Origin: Azolla caroliniana
Lineage: Eukaryota; Plantae; Polypodiophyta
Direction of reading: 5' to 3'
Length of the DNA: 64,000 nt
Assembly: GCA_043228905.1 (NCBI GenBank)
Contig: JBHGNT010000014.1
Location: forward strand, 13,516,001-13,580,000
Positions 48,701-59,432 of this stretch are shown here, piece after piece. Each line of letters opens with the position of its first letter. Positions within the stretch are counted from its first letter, which is position 1. Position numbers and translations under genes: made by a program. The notes beneath the pieces are model-generated. The model saw only the letters and a list, made by a program, of their open reading frames with translations. It did not search any database and had not been told where the DNA came from.

Positions 48701-49216
48701 GAGCTCATGTTCGGCCAGAAGCCGATCATGCCGATAGAACGGACGATCTCCTCGTGGGCAACGGTCGACTGGAGGGACGAAATGAGCCGGGAGGAGTTGT
48801 TGGCCGCACGTATACGACAGCTCGAGCGGAGACCGGAGGACGTGGCACTGGCTGCGGAGAAGCTCCGGGTGGCGAGGACAAAGAACAAAGCCCGGTTCGA
48901 CCGAACGCACCGGCTCCGACCGAAGAAAATCGACGAAGGTGACTGGGTGCTCGTCTACGACAGCAGCCTCGACAACCAGCACCGAGCTACACGGAAGTTC
49001 GCGCGAAGGTGGTTCGGGCCTTACGTGGTGCGGAGCGCCAATGACAACGGGACATATCACCTGGCGGAACTAGACGGCACGAGAATGGCGATACCGGTTG
49101 CAGGGAAGCGGATCAAAGCGTTCAAGAAGCGGCACGACGACGAGCCCGACCCAGCTCTCCTAGTCAGCAGTGACGAAAGATCCGAAAACGAGGAAGAACC
49201 GACAGGCGAGAAATGA
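45728..49216 (+). CDS. A2 Pol (RT-RH-IN) in the -1 frame relative to gag
   Basis: Frame open from GGA at 45728 to TGA at 49216; all catalytic motifs present. Confidence 0.92.
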   Translation, partial: GFLERTAKAWGRDSPDAPEKPHICTIKPCTLGRKFCFSDSGACTMVGITGREKTKTEGRLRACGVLGPDEGINGAVEAVSFDDTLGMLGKVVEEDLNEDRTIPVCSEEMYEVIADFGRGLESERTARVSTKYKTVDRKVRPVAAPLPEGSESRIKGVASDPSLRDRACIGHTFTNETLRELKIGGGGFLLPAEEDRFRRMLGRHGKAFAFSPEEIGCVDPTIVEPMVIFTVPHVPWNLKPISVPRAHIPKLMELLKQKVDMGILEPSSAPYSNRWFTVPKKNGSLRFIQDLQPVNRVTIRNAGIGPTIDEFAEAFAGRSIYSVGDLYSGYDQFQLAVESRDVTTMRTPLGLVRMCTLPQGGTNSVAHMVNAMNKVLRDCIPNITMPFLDDIPIKGCPVEKKDETVGPDGCRRFVTAHIDDCEKVLQRLEDARLTFSGEKSAFGQSEIMVVGHLCGPYGRKPSPAKVEAISAMKPDCSSVTEVRRFLGACAFYHIWIPHYAHVAEPLYGLLRKGRGFEWLDKHTESVRKLKEALSAAPALRKAVYGKGTPMYITVDTSPTGIGWVVNQEDEDGNRFPIRFGAKVLSERQRGYAQVKRELWGIVSAVKADKDYLIGTEVIIETDCMPILGMISGCATPDLAMLRWIAYIKSLDPEIRHISGKDNAMADMLSRARFDDEGGMVSEDEEVGVDFFETAYVTTDGTSTPALNDFDASKYDGEWLQIGGFLKTMTPDASWTKDEANRIRKKAYRFFLRDGYLWKHPKKRDGAPPRVVAMKEEQEELLTAYHDSPWAGHRGTWATFEKIKEKYWWPGLYQDVHRLVTTCESCQMHSVVRHRDELHPTYPPTIHFKWMVDLVTMPMGVGQMRYLVLAREDLTNQVEGRALPNKTTAAVCRFLIEDVICRYGCVGKIVADRGELDAEEAAELFDRLGVKLSLTTAYNPEANGKVERGHGPIVKALVRACRGQVGNWPRLLPHALWADRTTHSSVTGYMPTELMFGQKPIMPIERTISSWATVDWRDEMSREELLAARIRQLERRPEDVALAAEKLRVARTKNKARFDRTHRLRPKKIDEGDWVLVYDSSLDNQHRATRKFARRWFGPYVVRSANDNGTYHLAELDGTRMAIPVAGKRIKAFKKRHDDEPDPALLVSSDERSENEEEPTGEK

Positions 49217-50055
49217 AGACGGGCCGGTTTTCTCCATCCCAACTCTCTTGGTGCATACCGGAGGATGCACGGTTAGGTGGGGGCGGATGTCGTGAAGAAA
49301 ACCGTCCATAGGCGGAATCGGCGCACCAAGGCGTGGGAACCGGTTCTTCACGCGCGCACGCTCCGAGTTGTACATAGAAGCGAATTAGGAGGATAATCGG
49401 CGGGAACGGGCCCTAACACGAGTGGAGACAAAGACCGCGCGAACAGTCTTTTCGGTCGCGCGCGCGAGCGAAGGGACTGTACGAGTCGGCGGCGTAACTA
49501 CGCGGATGCGTGAAGGACGAAGGGAATAGAGCTGACATGACGGCCTGCTCGTCGGCCTATATAAGGAGCAGGAAAGTGTTGTTGCAGGGATCTCGCGCAG
49601 AGAGGACGAAGTGCTGCCGGACCGTTTCTGGACGCTTCTCTCTCTGTCTCCTTCCTTCTTGAGCTCCATAGCTTTCTGTGCAGGGTTCCGAGGAGGCTTG
49701 CGCTGTTTCGAGGAACGCCCGAGTGCTTCCGGCAGCACCTCCGACCGGCTACCCCTTTTGCGTCGAAGCGAACAGGCATCGGCATCTGTTCGCCGGCCTG
49801 CTCGGTTGTAACCAACCTGTGCCCCATCGAGGGTTGTAGTCGTGTTAGCCATTCTTGATATATATATTTAGTCATTCGCATCTGTCTGTGTCGGTGTTCG
49901 TTCGCGTTCTCCGTGCTGAAGGGCCGTGTCCCTGTGTATTCCCGGTCCTGCGTAGCCGGTTCTCTCTCTTTCTCCTCCCTCGCTTGCTCTTTGGTTCGAG
50001 ACCCCCGCGGTCCCGCCTCGTTTCCACACGCACTTGCGTAAAAACTCGACACCGG

Positions 50056-51459
50056 TATTGTAGGTCGAATATCCTTTCGTTCCTTCACTCGTACAACCCC
50101 CGCATAGTGTACTGTTTTCGTACTTTGACGTATGCTCGCTAGTCGTCCCCATTCTTTTCGTATTTATTGAGAGAGTTGAAGAAGTTGCGGCCAAGTGATC
50201 CGGGGTCCATTAGTAATCAGCTCTTGCTTGAGGTCGAAAGGCTCCACTCCTTTCCCCATGGGCATATCCTCCATATTGATCTTTCTCCTTGAACGACGCC
50301 TTTTTGAAGGATTCTCCATCTTAGACTCCTTAGTTTTTTTCTTTATTTGAGGGTTACTTGACTCCCCTTCCACCTCTTTTCCCTTATGCGTTGCTCGAGT
50401 TCTCTTGATTGGAACAACATCACAATCATCGTCAGTATCATACATAAAATCAAGAAGATTTACATTGGAAGGTATTGTTGGGACTTGAGCCATTGGCAAC
50501 GGTCCTCCATCACTAGAAACTTGATTATTGCTATTTGCATGGTTGTTAGGGGCATTTGAACCTCCTTGAACTTGATAGATACCTCGTCCTAAACCTCCTT
50601 GTCGTCTTGAAGGACATCGTGTAGCAATATGTCCTTCAACACCACAAGAATAACAAACCGGGACCCGTTTTTCTGGTGGCACCTCGCGAACTTGGTTGGT
50701 GTTGAAACTGGCTTGCATTTGGCGGAATTGATTTGTTAGCTCGTCAAGTCGTCGGTTTAGTTGCTCGGGGAAACTTCCATCAGTTCTTGGATGATCTACA
50801 TCTCGCATCATTGGTAAATTAGCTTGGTTAGCTACATTAGAATTAAATATGTTTGGAAAAACCTGTCCTCCATGTACAATAGAGGATGGATGTGGGGCGT
50901 TTAGAGTTGACACCACATTCGCATTAGCTATCGCCACCGTTGTATCGACCCCCATCCGCATCACTTTTAGTTGTCTATCATATATTTGACACACTTGTAG
51001 AAGAGTTTGAAAATTGGTTGGGTCCTTCAAATTCGCCTCCATTGCAAAGTAAGGGTTCAAGCCCGCCTTGAAGCGATCCATCTTGAACCACTCATCCTCT
51101 ACGCCTCCGCGTAGACGGATCCATGTTGACCACAGCTCTTTGAACACCCTCTCGTATTCCGAATACTCCATCAATGTTGTCATACGCAAGGCGAATAGTT
51201 CCTCTCGCACCTCCATCGCACTACGACGTCGGATGTACTTGCTTCTAAATTGTTGAACGAGCAATTGGTAGTTGGTTTGTTGGTTGGGAGGTAATGACTC
51301 ATACCACTCCCGGGCTCTTGAGTAGAAAGTTGCCACCAACAAGGGCAATTTCTCTATGTCATTCACCTTCCCAATCGAAACCGCATGATGCTCGAACGAT
51401 GCCAAAAAAGCTCCTCCATCCTGAACGCCATCACCTGCGAAAGCAAATTGAAACGCCAT
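50056..51459 (-). CDS. E gag (zinc knuckle CYSCGVEGHIATRC), with an in-frame TAA at 50164-50166 and then continuous with pol
   Basis: Retrotransposon gag pattern AREWYESL...FRSKY; the frame continues past TAA into the protease N-terminus. Confidence 0.88.
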
Positions 51460-51508
51460 ATCCACGTAATACTAAGACACAATCAATCTTCCCAAGGTAC
51501 GGAAAAGA

Positions 51509-51529
51509 TCGACCCTCCCTGGAGCGCCA
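51509..51529 (-). other. E PBS, tRNA-Arg-like
   Basis: TGGCGCTCCAGGGAGGGTCGA 4 nt from the 5' LTR; resembles the complement of the plant tRNA-Arg(CCU) 3' end as I recall it. Confidence 0.6.
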
Positions 51530-54265
51530 AAAATGAAAAGAGAGATGATGATAGAAAAGAGAGAGAAGGAAGATATAGAAACCCAAATCTACAAAGATAT
51601 ATTAATAAGGAGTGATGATCATAGAAACAAGAGAAAGAAGATACATAAACTCAAGCCTACAAGGATGAATTGATCACTAGAAAAAACGCACTACATGAAT
51701 AGGCAAGAAAAACCCCACAAGAAAAAGGCCCCTTTTCACCACCTCACCCTTCTTGCTTTATATGAAGTTCTCCTCTAGTAGATAAGTTTCGCTTGCTTTC
51801 TTTTCCACGCTTTTTTTAGAGCTTTTCCATCTCCTATTCTTAGCTATGACACAACGATCTTCTAATCGTCATATCTCCCTCATCCATGCTCCAAATTTAG
51901 AGTTTTAAAAAGCTACGGATAGCTCTCGTCATAAGCTTTATAACCAATATTTACACGTGATATTTGGGTGTCAAACGAGAGAGTTATGAGCATTTGTTTC
52001 TGACTGCGTTTTGGTGGTCTGCTTTTTCTCTTTTTAACTTTTCTCCATCTTTATTGCTTTTATTTGGACTTATCCACGAGATGTTAGTTCATGTCCTTGT
52101 CCTCCAAATGTGAATCCTCCATACCTTATATTCTTTTAGTGTCCAATGGCTTGAATTCTAAAAACAGTTTCACAAATACCAAAACCTGATTAATAGCATT
52201 CTTGTTCTGGAACATGATGTCGATCTTCTCCTAGAGTTCATGAGCCTTGCTCTCTTCATTGAAGTTGTTGTACAGGCTCATGTCGATGAAGCATTGGATG
52301 TATGTCGTCGTCTTCATGTGCATCACCTCCCACACTGTGGCATCGATCTTATCCGGTCTCTTGTCCCTGAACTAAACTGGCAACCAAAGATTATTAACCA
52401 CCAGCATATCCCTCATCTTCGGCTTCCACACAGTAGTTGGAGCCGGTGAGCTTGAACATGCCGCCGAATGATTCTTCCATTTCATGTGTTGTTTAGTCTG
52501 ATACCAGTTTGAAGAGAATAGCGCGGAATACTGCTCGGCCACAACCGATTCTTAGATCACTTCAATGAGAATGAAACACAAAAATGAAAATAGAGATGAA
52601 TACTCGTACACCAAAAGAAAGTACATAGGATGTTTACGTGGAAAACCCTAATAGGGAAAAACCACGGGAGCCCACAAACTCCAAACTATCACTATATGAG
52701 AAAGGTACAACCAGAGACTCGGAGGCAACGACCTGGAGCTCTGTTTCTTCGCCAAGCAGCGGTTACAACAGAGTATTGCTCTGTATCTCCTCTCTCCCTC
52801 TTCGTCTCTCTCTATACAACAGTTATGCACATACAACAATATGACAACTCACTTTGAGTTATTGCCCTAAGTCATATTTATACTTATATGAACTTAGCTC
52901 AATAGGCTTACTCAAAACATATTTACAAATATGTCTTCTCTTCCGGTTCTCACCGGGTCCATCCGATCCGGTTTCCAGATCTCTTCCGGTTCTCACCGAG
53001 TCCATCCGATCCAGTTTTTGGATCTCTTCCGGTTCTCAGCGAGTCCTCTTCATCCATAACCAGATCCCATCCGGAGGGACCGACTTCCCTACAACATGCT
53101 GGAAGGGTTGCATGATACGGAAGCATACTTAGACGAAAACCCACAGATCATACCGTTTTTCGAGATAGACATCCTCGAGACGGATAACGGTTACGTAGCG
53201 TCGGCCGTACCAAAGGGCGAGGAGTACAAACTAGATTCGGAATCACTGCTAGAGCTGAGCAAAGCACGAGATGCGTTTGAGAGAAAAATGGAGATCTCTC
53301 GAGGAGTCACAACGTCGACCATAGAAGAAATCAATGTAGGGACAATGGAAGCACCATGGCCACTATTGATAGCAAAGGACCTGACGCCTACCGAAAAGGT
53401 TGCAATGATTGACCTATTATGAGAATATAAAGATGTGTTCGTAGTCGCACGACGACATGAAGGGACTAGACTCAAAAAAATTCTAGCATAAAATTAATCA
53501 AGCCACAGACACGAAACCAGTTCAACAATGACGCTACCGCATGAATCCGAATTACGCGGCACGCATAAAGGAGGAAATCGATAAGCTTTTGAAATTTGAG
53601 TTTATTCGGCCAGTGAAGCAAGCTACATGGCTTAGCCTGATTGTAGTCGTACCAAAGAAGAATGGGATAATCCGGGTTTGTGTTGACTACCACAAATTAA
53701 ACGTTGTACAATCACAGACGCCTTCCCTTTGCCGTTTACGAATGTACAGTTTCCTGGATGGGTTTAGCGGGTACAACCAGATACACATGCACCCAGATAA
53801 TCAGGAGAAAACCGCTTTCTTAATAGACTGGGGCGTTTTCATGGCCGTAGTAATGATGTTCGGATTAAAGATCGGCCCGGCCACGTTCCAACACATCATC
53901 GCCGAAATTTTTGGTGACTTCTTCCCTGCATTGATGCAGGTTTTCCTCAATGACATTGCGGTTTATGGGACGTGAGTGGATCACCTAGGCCATCTACGAC
54001 TATGCTTAGAACGATGTGTGCCACACGACTAAACCTCAATTTGTCCAAGTGCACGTTCGGAGTCACCAACAGAGCCCTTGTTGGGCACATAGTGAGCAGG
54101 GACAGTATCGCAGTGAATCGTAGGAAAATCAAAGCCCTTGTCGAGGCGCTGACTCCTGGAAACGCAAAGTCTCTTAGCCACTTCTTGGGGCAAATTCGCT
54201 GGCACAACCGCATGCTCTGTTACCTGGCGGATTTCGTGACACCATTACACGCCGCAGTACACCGT

Positions 54266-54900
54266 TGTTGTGAAGTTTTACGGCAGCGGTGAGAAAATCA
54301 CATGGAACGGAGAAAATCGAGAAGGTGGAATGTGCACATGAATGAATGGGGCGATCAATCTATGCATCAATCAAGCTATGTATTGAATCAACATCTTAAT
54401 ATTAAAAAAACCTACTTATCTTATTGGTGACTTGTCTTATTTCCCAAAATTGATGTCAAGGGTTCAAACACGGAATTGGAATTTCCATCCATCTATTTAT
54501 CTATCTTAAACACTTCCTCAATTCCCGTCTCTCTCTCACACACACACACAACCACATTAGTGCGCACTTCGGCTACTACAATTTCATTTCGTGTGGTCAT
54601 TCACTCTATCTCTGGAATTCTCATCAAGAAGGAAATAGCACCAGCAAATATCATTTCGTCGTCGTCATCGCCCGCTAAACGTTGCACACCACCACATTAC
54701 CGCCGCCTACACATCAATCCACCGCACCGCTGATTCTAGTTTGGGTGCGTCTTCGACAACAAAGAACACCCCGACCATAAACCTAAAATAGCTACTTCAT
54801 CTCCTCCATAACCACTAGTGGATAGAGGCCCGATGCTTGTCCGCGCCTGTGTGACATGCACATCGCGACCTGTGGCACGTGTGTCACGCTCCACGCGACA
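54266..54900 (+). mobile_element. Solo LTR L (635 bp), TGTTGTGAAG...CGCGACA, 4-bp TSD CCGT/CCGC
   Basis: The left terminus equals A's TGTCGTGAAG with one C>T; host frame V-H-R-T-P-F-K-W is restored on removal. Confidence 0.78.
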
Positions 54901-56104
54901 CCGCACACCATTCAAATGGACCACGACGGAAGATAAGGCATACGAAGCACTAAAAGTGATGCTTACACAAGCACCAATTGTACAACCTCCGGCCTGGTCA
55001 AAACCATTTCATGTGTTTTTTGATGCATCCGACATAGCCATCAATAACGCACTCATGCAACTCACCGAGCCCAATTGGTATCGGCCAGTATATTATTCTA
55101 GTCATAAATTAACAGATGTCGAACAGAACTATTCAACAACCGAACGTGAAGCCTTAGGAATGATCTACAACATCAACAAATTCCGGCATTATCTATTGGG
55201 TTGAAAATTCACCTTCCTCGTGGACCACACCACATTGTTGTACCTCGTCTCTAAACAATCACTAACCGGGAAGTTGGCCCGGTGGATGTTGTTGTTACAA
55301 GACTTTGAGTTTGAAATATAGCATCGGCCAGGGACCCAGGATGCCATAGCGGATTATCTAAGCCGGATCGACAATGGCAACGACGCAGTAGTGGGGCATG
55401 ACGACTTTCCGGACATTGAAATCTTGTGTATTACGACAACCACAGTGGAAGAAGGCAAGCAGTCCCTGTAGAAATGGCTGATGGAAATGACTTATTTCTT
55501 AAGTACGGGGTTGCCACCTCCGCGGTTGTGAACGGATGAGAAGAAACGACTAGCGGTCAGGAGCCAGAACTTCTGTCTATTAGAAGGAATACTATACCAT
55601 AAGGGCAACGATTGCATCTGGCGACGGTGTGTACGACATGACGAGAAGGACGCGGTATTACGAGAGGCTCACTGCGGCACAACAAGGGGACACTACACGG
55701 GGGATGTAACTGCTTGGAAGATATGGCAAGGAGGATTGTGATGGCCAACAATGCAAAAGGATGCTTATGCATATTGCAAAGAATGCGACCTCTACCAGCG
55801 AATGGGCCAACCAACAGAGCTAGCATGGATGCCCCATCAACCAGTACTACCGCTTGAGCCATTCCAGAAATGGGGTCTCGACTTCGTCGGACCCTTTACC
55901 CCAACCGCGACTCGAACAGGAAATAGATATATCCTAGTTGCCATGGACTATTGTACAAAATGGGTGGAAGCCAAAGCACGACTCAACAACACCGCCCGTG
56001 CTAAACCTAGTGGCCCTAAAAAAAACAAAAAGAAGAAGAAGAATAAAGAGAAGACATAGAGAAGAAGAATAGACAAAGAAAACGAGAGGGGGCATACTAA
56101 CAAA

Positions 56105-56252
56105 ATGTTAGAAACCTAAGGATATAATAAGAATTTCAAACAAATTGGAGGGTAGAAGAGGAAATTTCGAAAACAGAAGGGCGGAAAATAAAGTTTTAAA
56201 AAACCTGAGGGGTACAACATACAATTTCGGAAACCCAAGGGTACACAAACTC
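56105..56252. repeat. Degenerate tandem array of about 31 bp, possibly a Mutator-like TIR remnant
   Basis: Repeated AAACC(T/C)(G/A)AGG(G)GTAC...AATTTC units ending in AAACTC. Confidence 0.3.
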
Positions 56253-56349
56253 ATCACTGTTCACACTACGGAAGAAGAATATATATATATATATATATAC
56301 CCACAATCATTGTTAGACCTCAACGACTTTTACCACAATGGATAAGCCG

Positions 56350-59027
56350 ATTGGTGTACCTGGTGTGCAAGACTCCTTTGCTTCTTTTACCAGATCCTTT
56401 AAAACCTTTTCAGCTTAAAATCGATGCAAGTGATTATGTTATAGGTGCCATATTATATCAACATGGTCAACCAATAGCATTTGAGAGTAAGAAACTTGAT
56501 TATGCTCAATGTCGGTATACAATTCAAGAAAATGAATTATTTGCAGTTATTCATGCGCTCAAGACATGGCACCATTATCTTTCGTTTTGTGGTAACTACA
56601 GACCACGAGTCCTTGAAATATTTTTGTGACCAACAAAACCTGAAAGGTCATAAGGGACGATGGGCTGATCTGATCTAGGACTTTGATTTTTCCATACGAT
56701 ATCATAAAGGTTCCATGAACATTGTCCTGATGCACTGAGTCACATTCGTGCAGTTAACATGCTTAGCTTCACTGAAATAACATCATATCTTTATGAGCAC
56801 CTTCGAGGAACGTATCCTGATGACAGTTATTTTGGAAAATATTGGGGAAGACTTGAGTCTAGAACAAACACCACCACATCCTCGAAGGAATCCTTCCACA
56901 TTGCAAACGATCTGCTCTACCGTAATGGGAAGGTTTGTGTTCCAGATTTGCTTGAGGTCAAAAAGAGAATTCTTTTTGAATGCCATGATGCACCCTCAAC
57001 AAGGCACCTTGGAATACATCTTACACTCATTCTCATCGCCACTCAATTCTATTGGCTAAGATGTGTCCTGACATACATAGTTATGTGACAAAATGTCACC
57101 AGTGTCAGGTTAACAAAGCCGAGCGACTTAAAGTCGTTGGACTTTTACATCCCTTGGAAATTCCCAACAATAAGTGGTGAGAAAGTATATCCATGGATTT
57201 TATTGTTAGCCTTCCTCGCACCCAAAAAGGCCATGATGCCATATGGGTTGTGGTTGATCAACTAACTAAAATGGCCAGATTTATTGCTACTAAAACCACG
57301 GTAACAACTCCTGAATTGTCTTACCAATTCATTGACGAGCTATTTCATTTTTCTGGGTTACCGATGGATATCATGAGTGATCGAGATCCAAAGTTTACTA
57401 GCGACTTCTAGACACAAGTCTTTAAGAAGTTAGAAACTACATTGAGCATGAGCTCCACGGATCATCCTCAATCCGATGGACAGACAGAACAAGTAAATCA
57501 AATTATTGAGGAATACTTAGGCATATGTTGGTGCAAAGCCAACAAAGTGGGAACATTATCTCCCAAATTTGGAGTTTGCTTATAACAGCTCCAAGCATAC
57601 ATCGATGGGATATAGTCCTTTTATGTTGATGTATGGTTTTTAGTCACGAGCCCCGATTGATGTTAATATACATCATGATGAGTTGCGAAGTACGCAAAAC
57701 TTTCTTTAAACTTTCTTTGGGATATGGACGATATGTTGCATATTGCATGAGATAATATAAAAACAACTCAAGATAGAGTGCGTTTTTATGCCGATCATAA
57801 TAGGCAATCTCCTATATTCAACCCTGGACAGAAAGTATTTTTACGTGTACCTCACAATTCTAAGACATTATCTACAGGTAAATGCACTAAGTTAACCCCA
57901 CGGTTTTGTGGACCTTTTACAGTCCTCAAACACATTGGTTCATCATCCTATCGTCTCACTCTTCCTGATGGCGTTGAAATCCATCCAGTTTTTCATGTAA
58001 GTAGTCTAAAAGAACATCTTGGTTTTGGCGACAATCCAGTTACAATAGAAACTTTGGTTACTTCTGAAGAATTATCTTCTAATCCACATGTACCGAAAAG
58101 AATTCTCGATGTTAAAACAAAAAAATTGCGTTCTAAAATAATCCGAGAATTTAAAATAAAATGGATGGATAAATCTATTAAAGATGCCACATGGGAACAC
58201 AAAAATACTCTTAGAACTAACTTCCCTAACTTTCTATTGCAAGAATGCAATGTTTTAAAGAGGGGGAGTATGTTACGGGCATGACCATATCCCCCGTGGT
58301 AAGTTTTATCGTAGTATTCTATACAAGTGAATAAAGTGTGAGGGTTAAACAAGAGTGTAAAGAAGGAAAGGATTACTTTTAATACTTGGGATTGGGACAA
58401 CCCATTAGGCCAAGTGTGAACTTGCCTGGGGGCCTTAGGTCTGGCTAATAATATGAGGCCTAACTACCCTCATTGGATACATTATCAACTACATCAAGAC
58501 TCTGTCATTGTGGTGGGTCGACTCTTGTAGCGAGCTCGCCAACACCAAGTACGACTCGACGCCACGGTAGTGGTATGGGACGCCGATCGAGGCTTGAGTC
58601 CGTCTTGATCCCTTCGCTCAGGGGTGGTCGGGTGGATCGGCACCCTTCTTTCTCACTCCTCTCTTATCTATTTTATATCTATTATATCCTTATCTCATGC
58701 TTACATTAGTAGTTGGCTCTAACATAAGTTGTCTAAGATGTTTAATAATTAGGGTTTAGAAAGTTAGAAATTAGACAGTGAGAAGTTAGAAGTTAGAATT
58801 TGAAAGTTGAGAGAGAGACTGACAGGAAGCCATAGGCAACAAACTGTTGAGTGACGAGAGAGGGAGGGAAAGAGAAGGAGAGGGAGCCTGCATAGTGGAC
58901 AGAGAGGGAGAGGGAGCCTACATTATGGACCTCCTCCTTGTTGTTATATACATTCTTTCTATACATATAGGTGAAATTTTAGTTCCAAATTCTCTCTTGA
59001 GTTTGACCTAGGACCTAGGACGCGACG
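56350..59027 (+). mobile_element. Element D: degenerate chromovirus pol (RH, IN, chromodomain), PPT at 58261-58270 and a 3' LTR from 58271 (right end uncertain)
   Basis: IDASDY, MDFIVSLPRT, SDRDPKF, GPF, HPVFHVS, IKW...DATWE. Confidence 0.8.
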
Positions 59028-59269
59028 AGGTCAACCTGAAGGTGGTCGAGGGATGGGGAATAGCAATCGATAATGGACATATTGAGGTCCAGAAAGGGTC
59101 GGGCGGTAGCAATCTACAAAGGAAGATGAGGGTGGGGGTGGGGGAGCATGTCAAAATTGGAGGAGGATGAGGATGGGGGACATGCCAAGGGGGTGGGAGT
59201 TACGAGGAGGAGAAGAAGAGTAGAAGTGGTAATGGTGTTTTTTGGGTTTCTTCACACCTCTAAAGCTTT

Positions 59270-59432
59270 TTCGTCCCAAACCGACTCACAAACCGGTTCC
59301 TAAACCGGTTTAGGGATCAGTTTGGTTTGGTTTGGTTCAGGTTTGAGAACCCCAAAACGGTTTAGGCTTAACCGGTTTGGCTTGGATAAGGCTTAACCGG
59401 TTAAGCCTAAACCGAACCGTTGTCGATTCCTA
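59270..59432. mobile_element. hAT-type DNA transposon end with AAACCG/AACCGG subterminal repeats
   Basis: Ends CCGAACCGTTGTCGATTCCTA (TAGG-type TIR on the minus strand). Confidence 0.6.

Larger units (their letters stand above)
42803..50051 (+). mobile_element. Element A2: apparently intact member of family A, 4-bp TSD CCGG, 764-bp LTRs 42803-43566 and 49288-50051
   Basis: CCGG at 42799-42802 and 50052-50055; one LTR difference seen; the host frame T-I-P-V-S-I-K is restored on removal. Confidence 0.97.
38107..52174 (-). mobile_element. Element E: Tat-like (OTA-type) Ty3/gypsy with an additional RNase H, 5-bp TSD AATAC, 641-bp LTRs 38107-38747 and 51534-52174; hosts A2
   Basis: AATAC at 38102-38106 and 52175-52179; about 2 substitutions seen between the LTRs; PPT at about 38751-38764. 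Confidence 0.95.
28043..53093 (-). mobile_element. Element I: Ty1/copia (F family), 5-bp TSD ACATG, LTRs 28043-28617 and 52510-53093; hosts J and E
   Basis: ACATG at 28038-28042 and 53094-53098; tRNA-iMet-type PBS at about 52498-52506; PPT after 28617; degenerate gag-pol at 34670-38106 and 52180-52480. Confidence 0.92.
26851..55996 (+). mobile_element. Element K: old degenerate non-chromoviral Ty3/gypsy (gag-PR 26851-28042; RT-RH-IN 53099-55996), split by copia I and solo LTR L
   Basis: CFICQQPRHYTTQC knuckle, IIDGGSGVN protease, LDGFSGYNQI RT, DASD RNase [17 protein letters not shown] is restored across the I insertion; no LTRs found. Confidence 0.85.
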
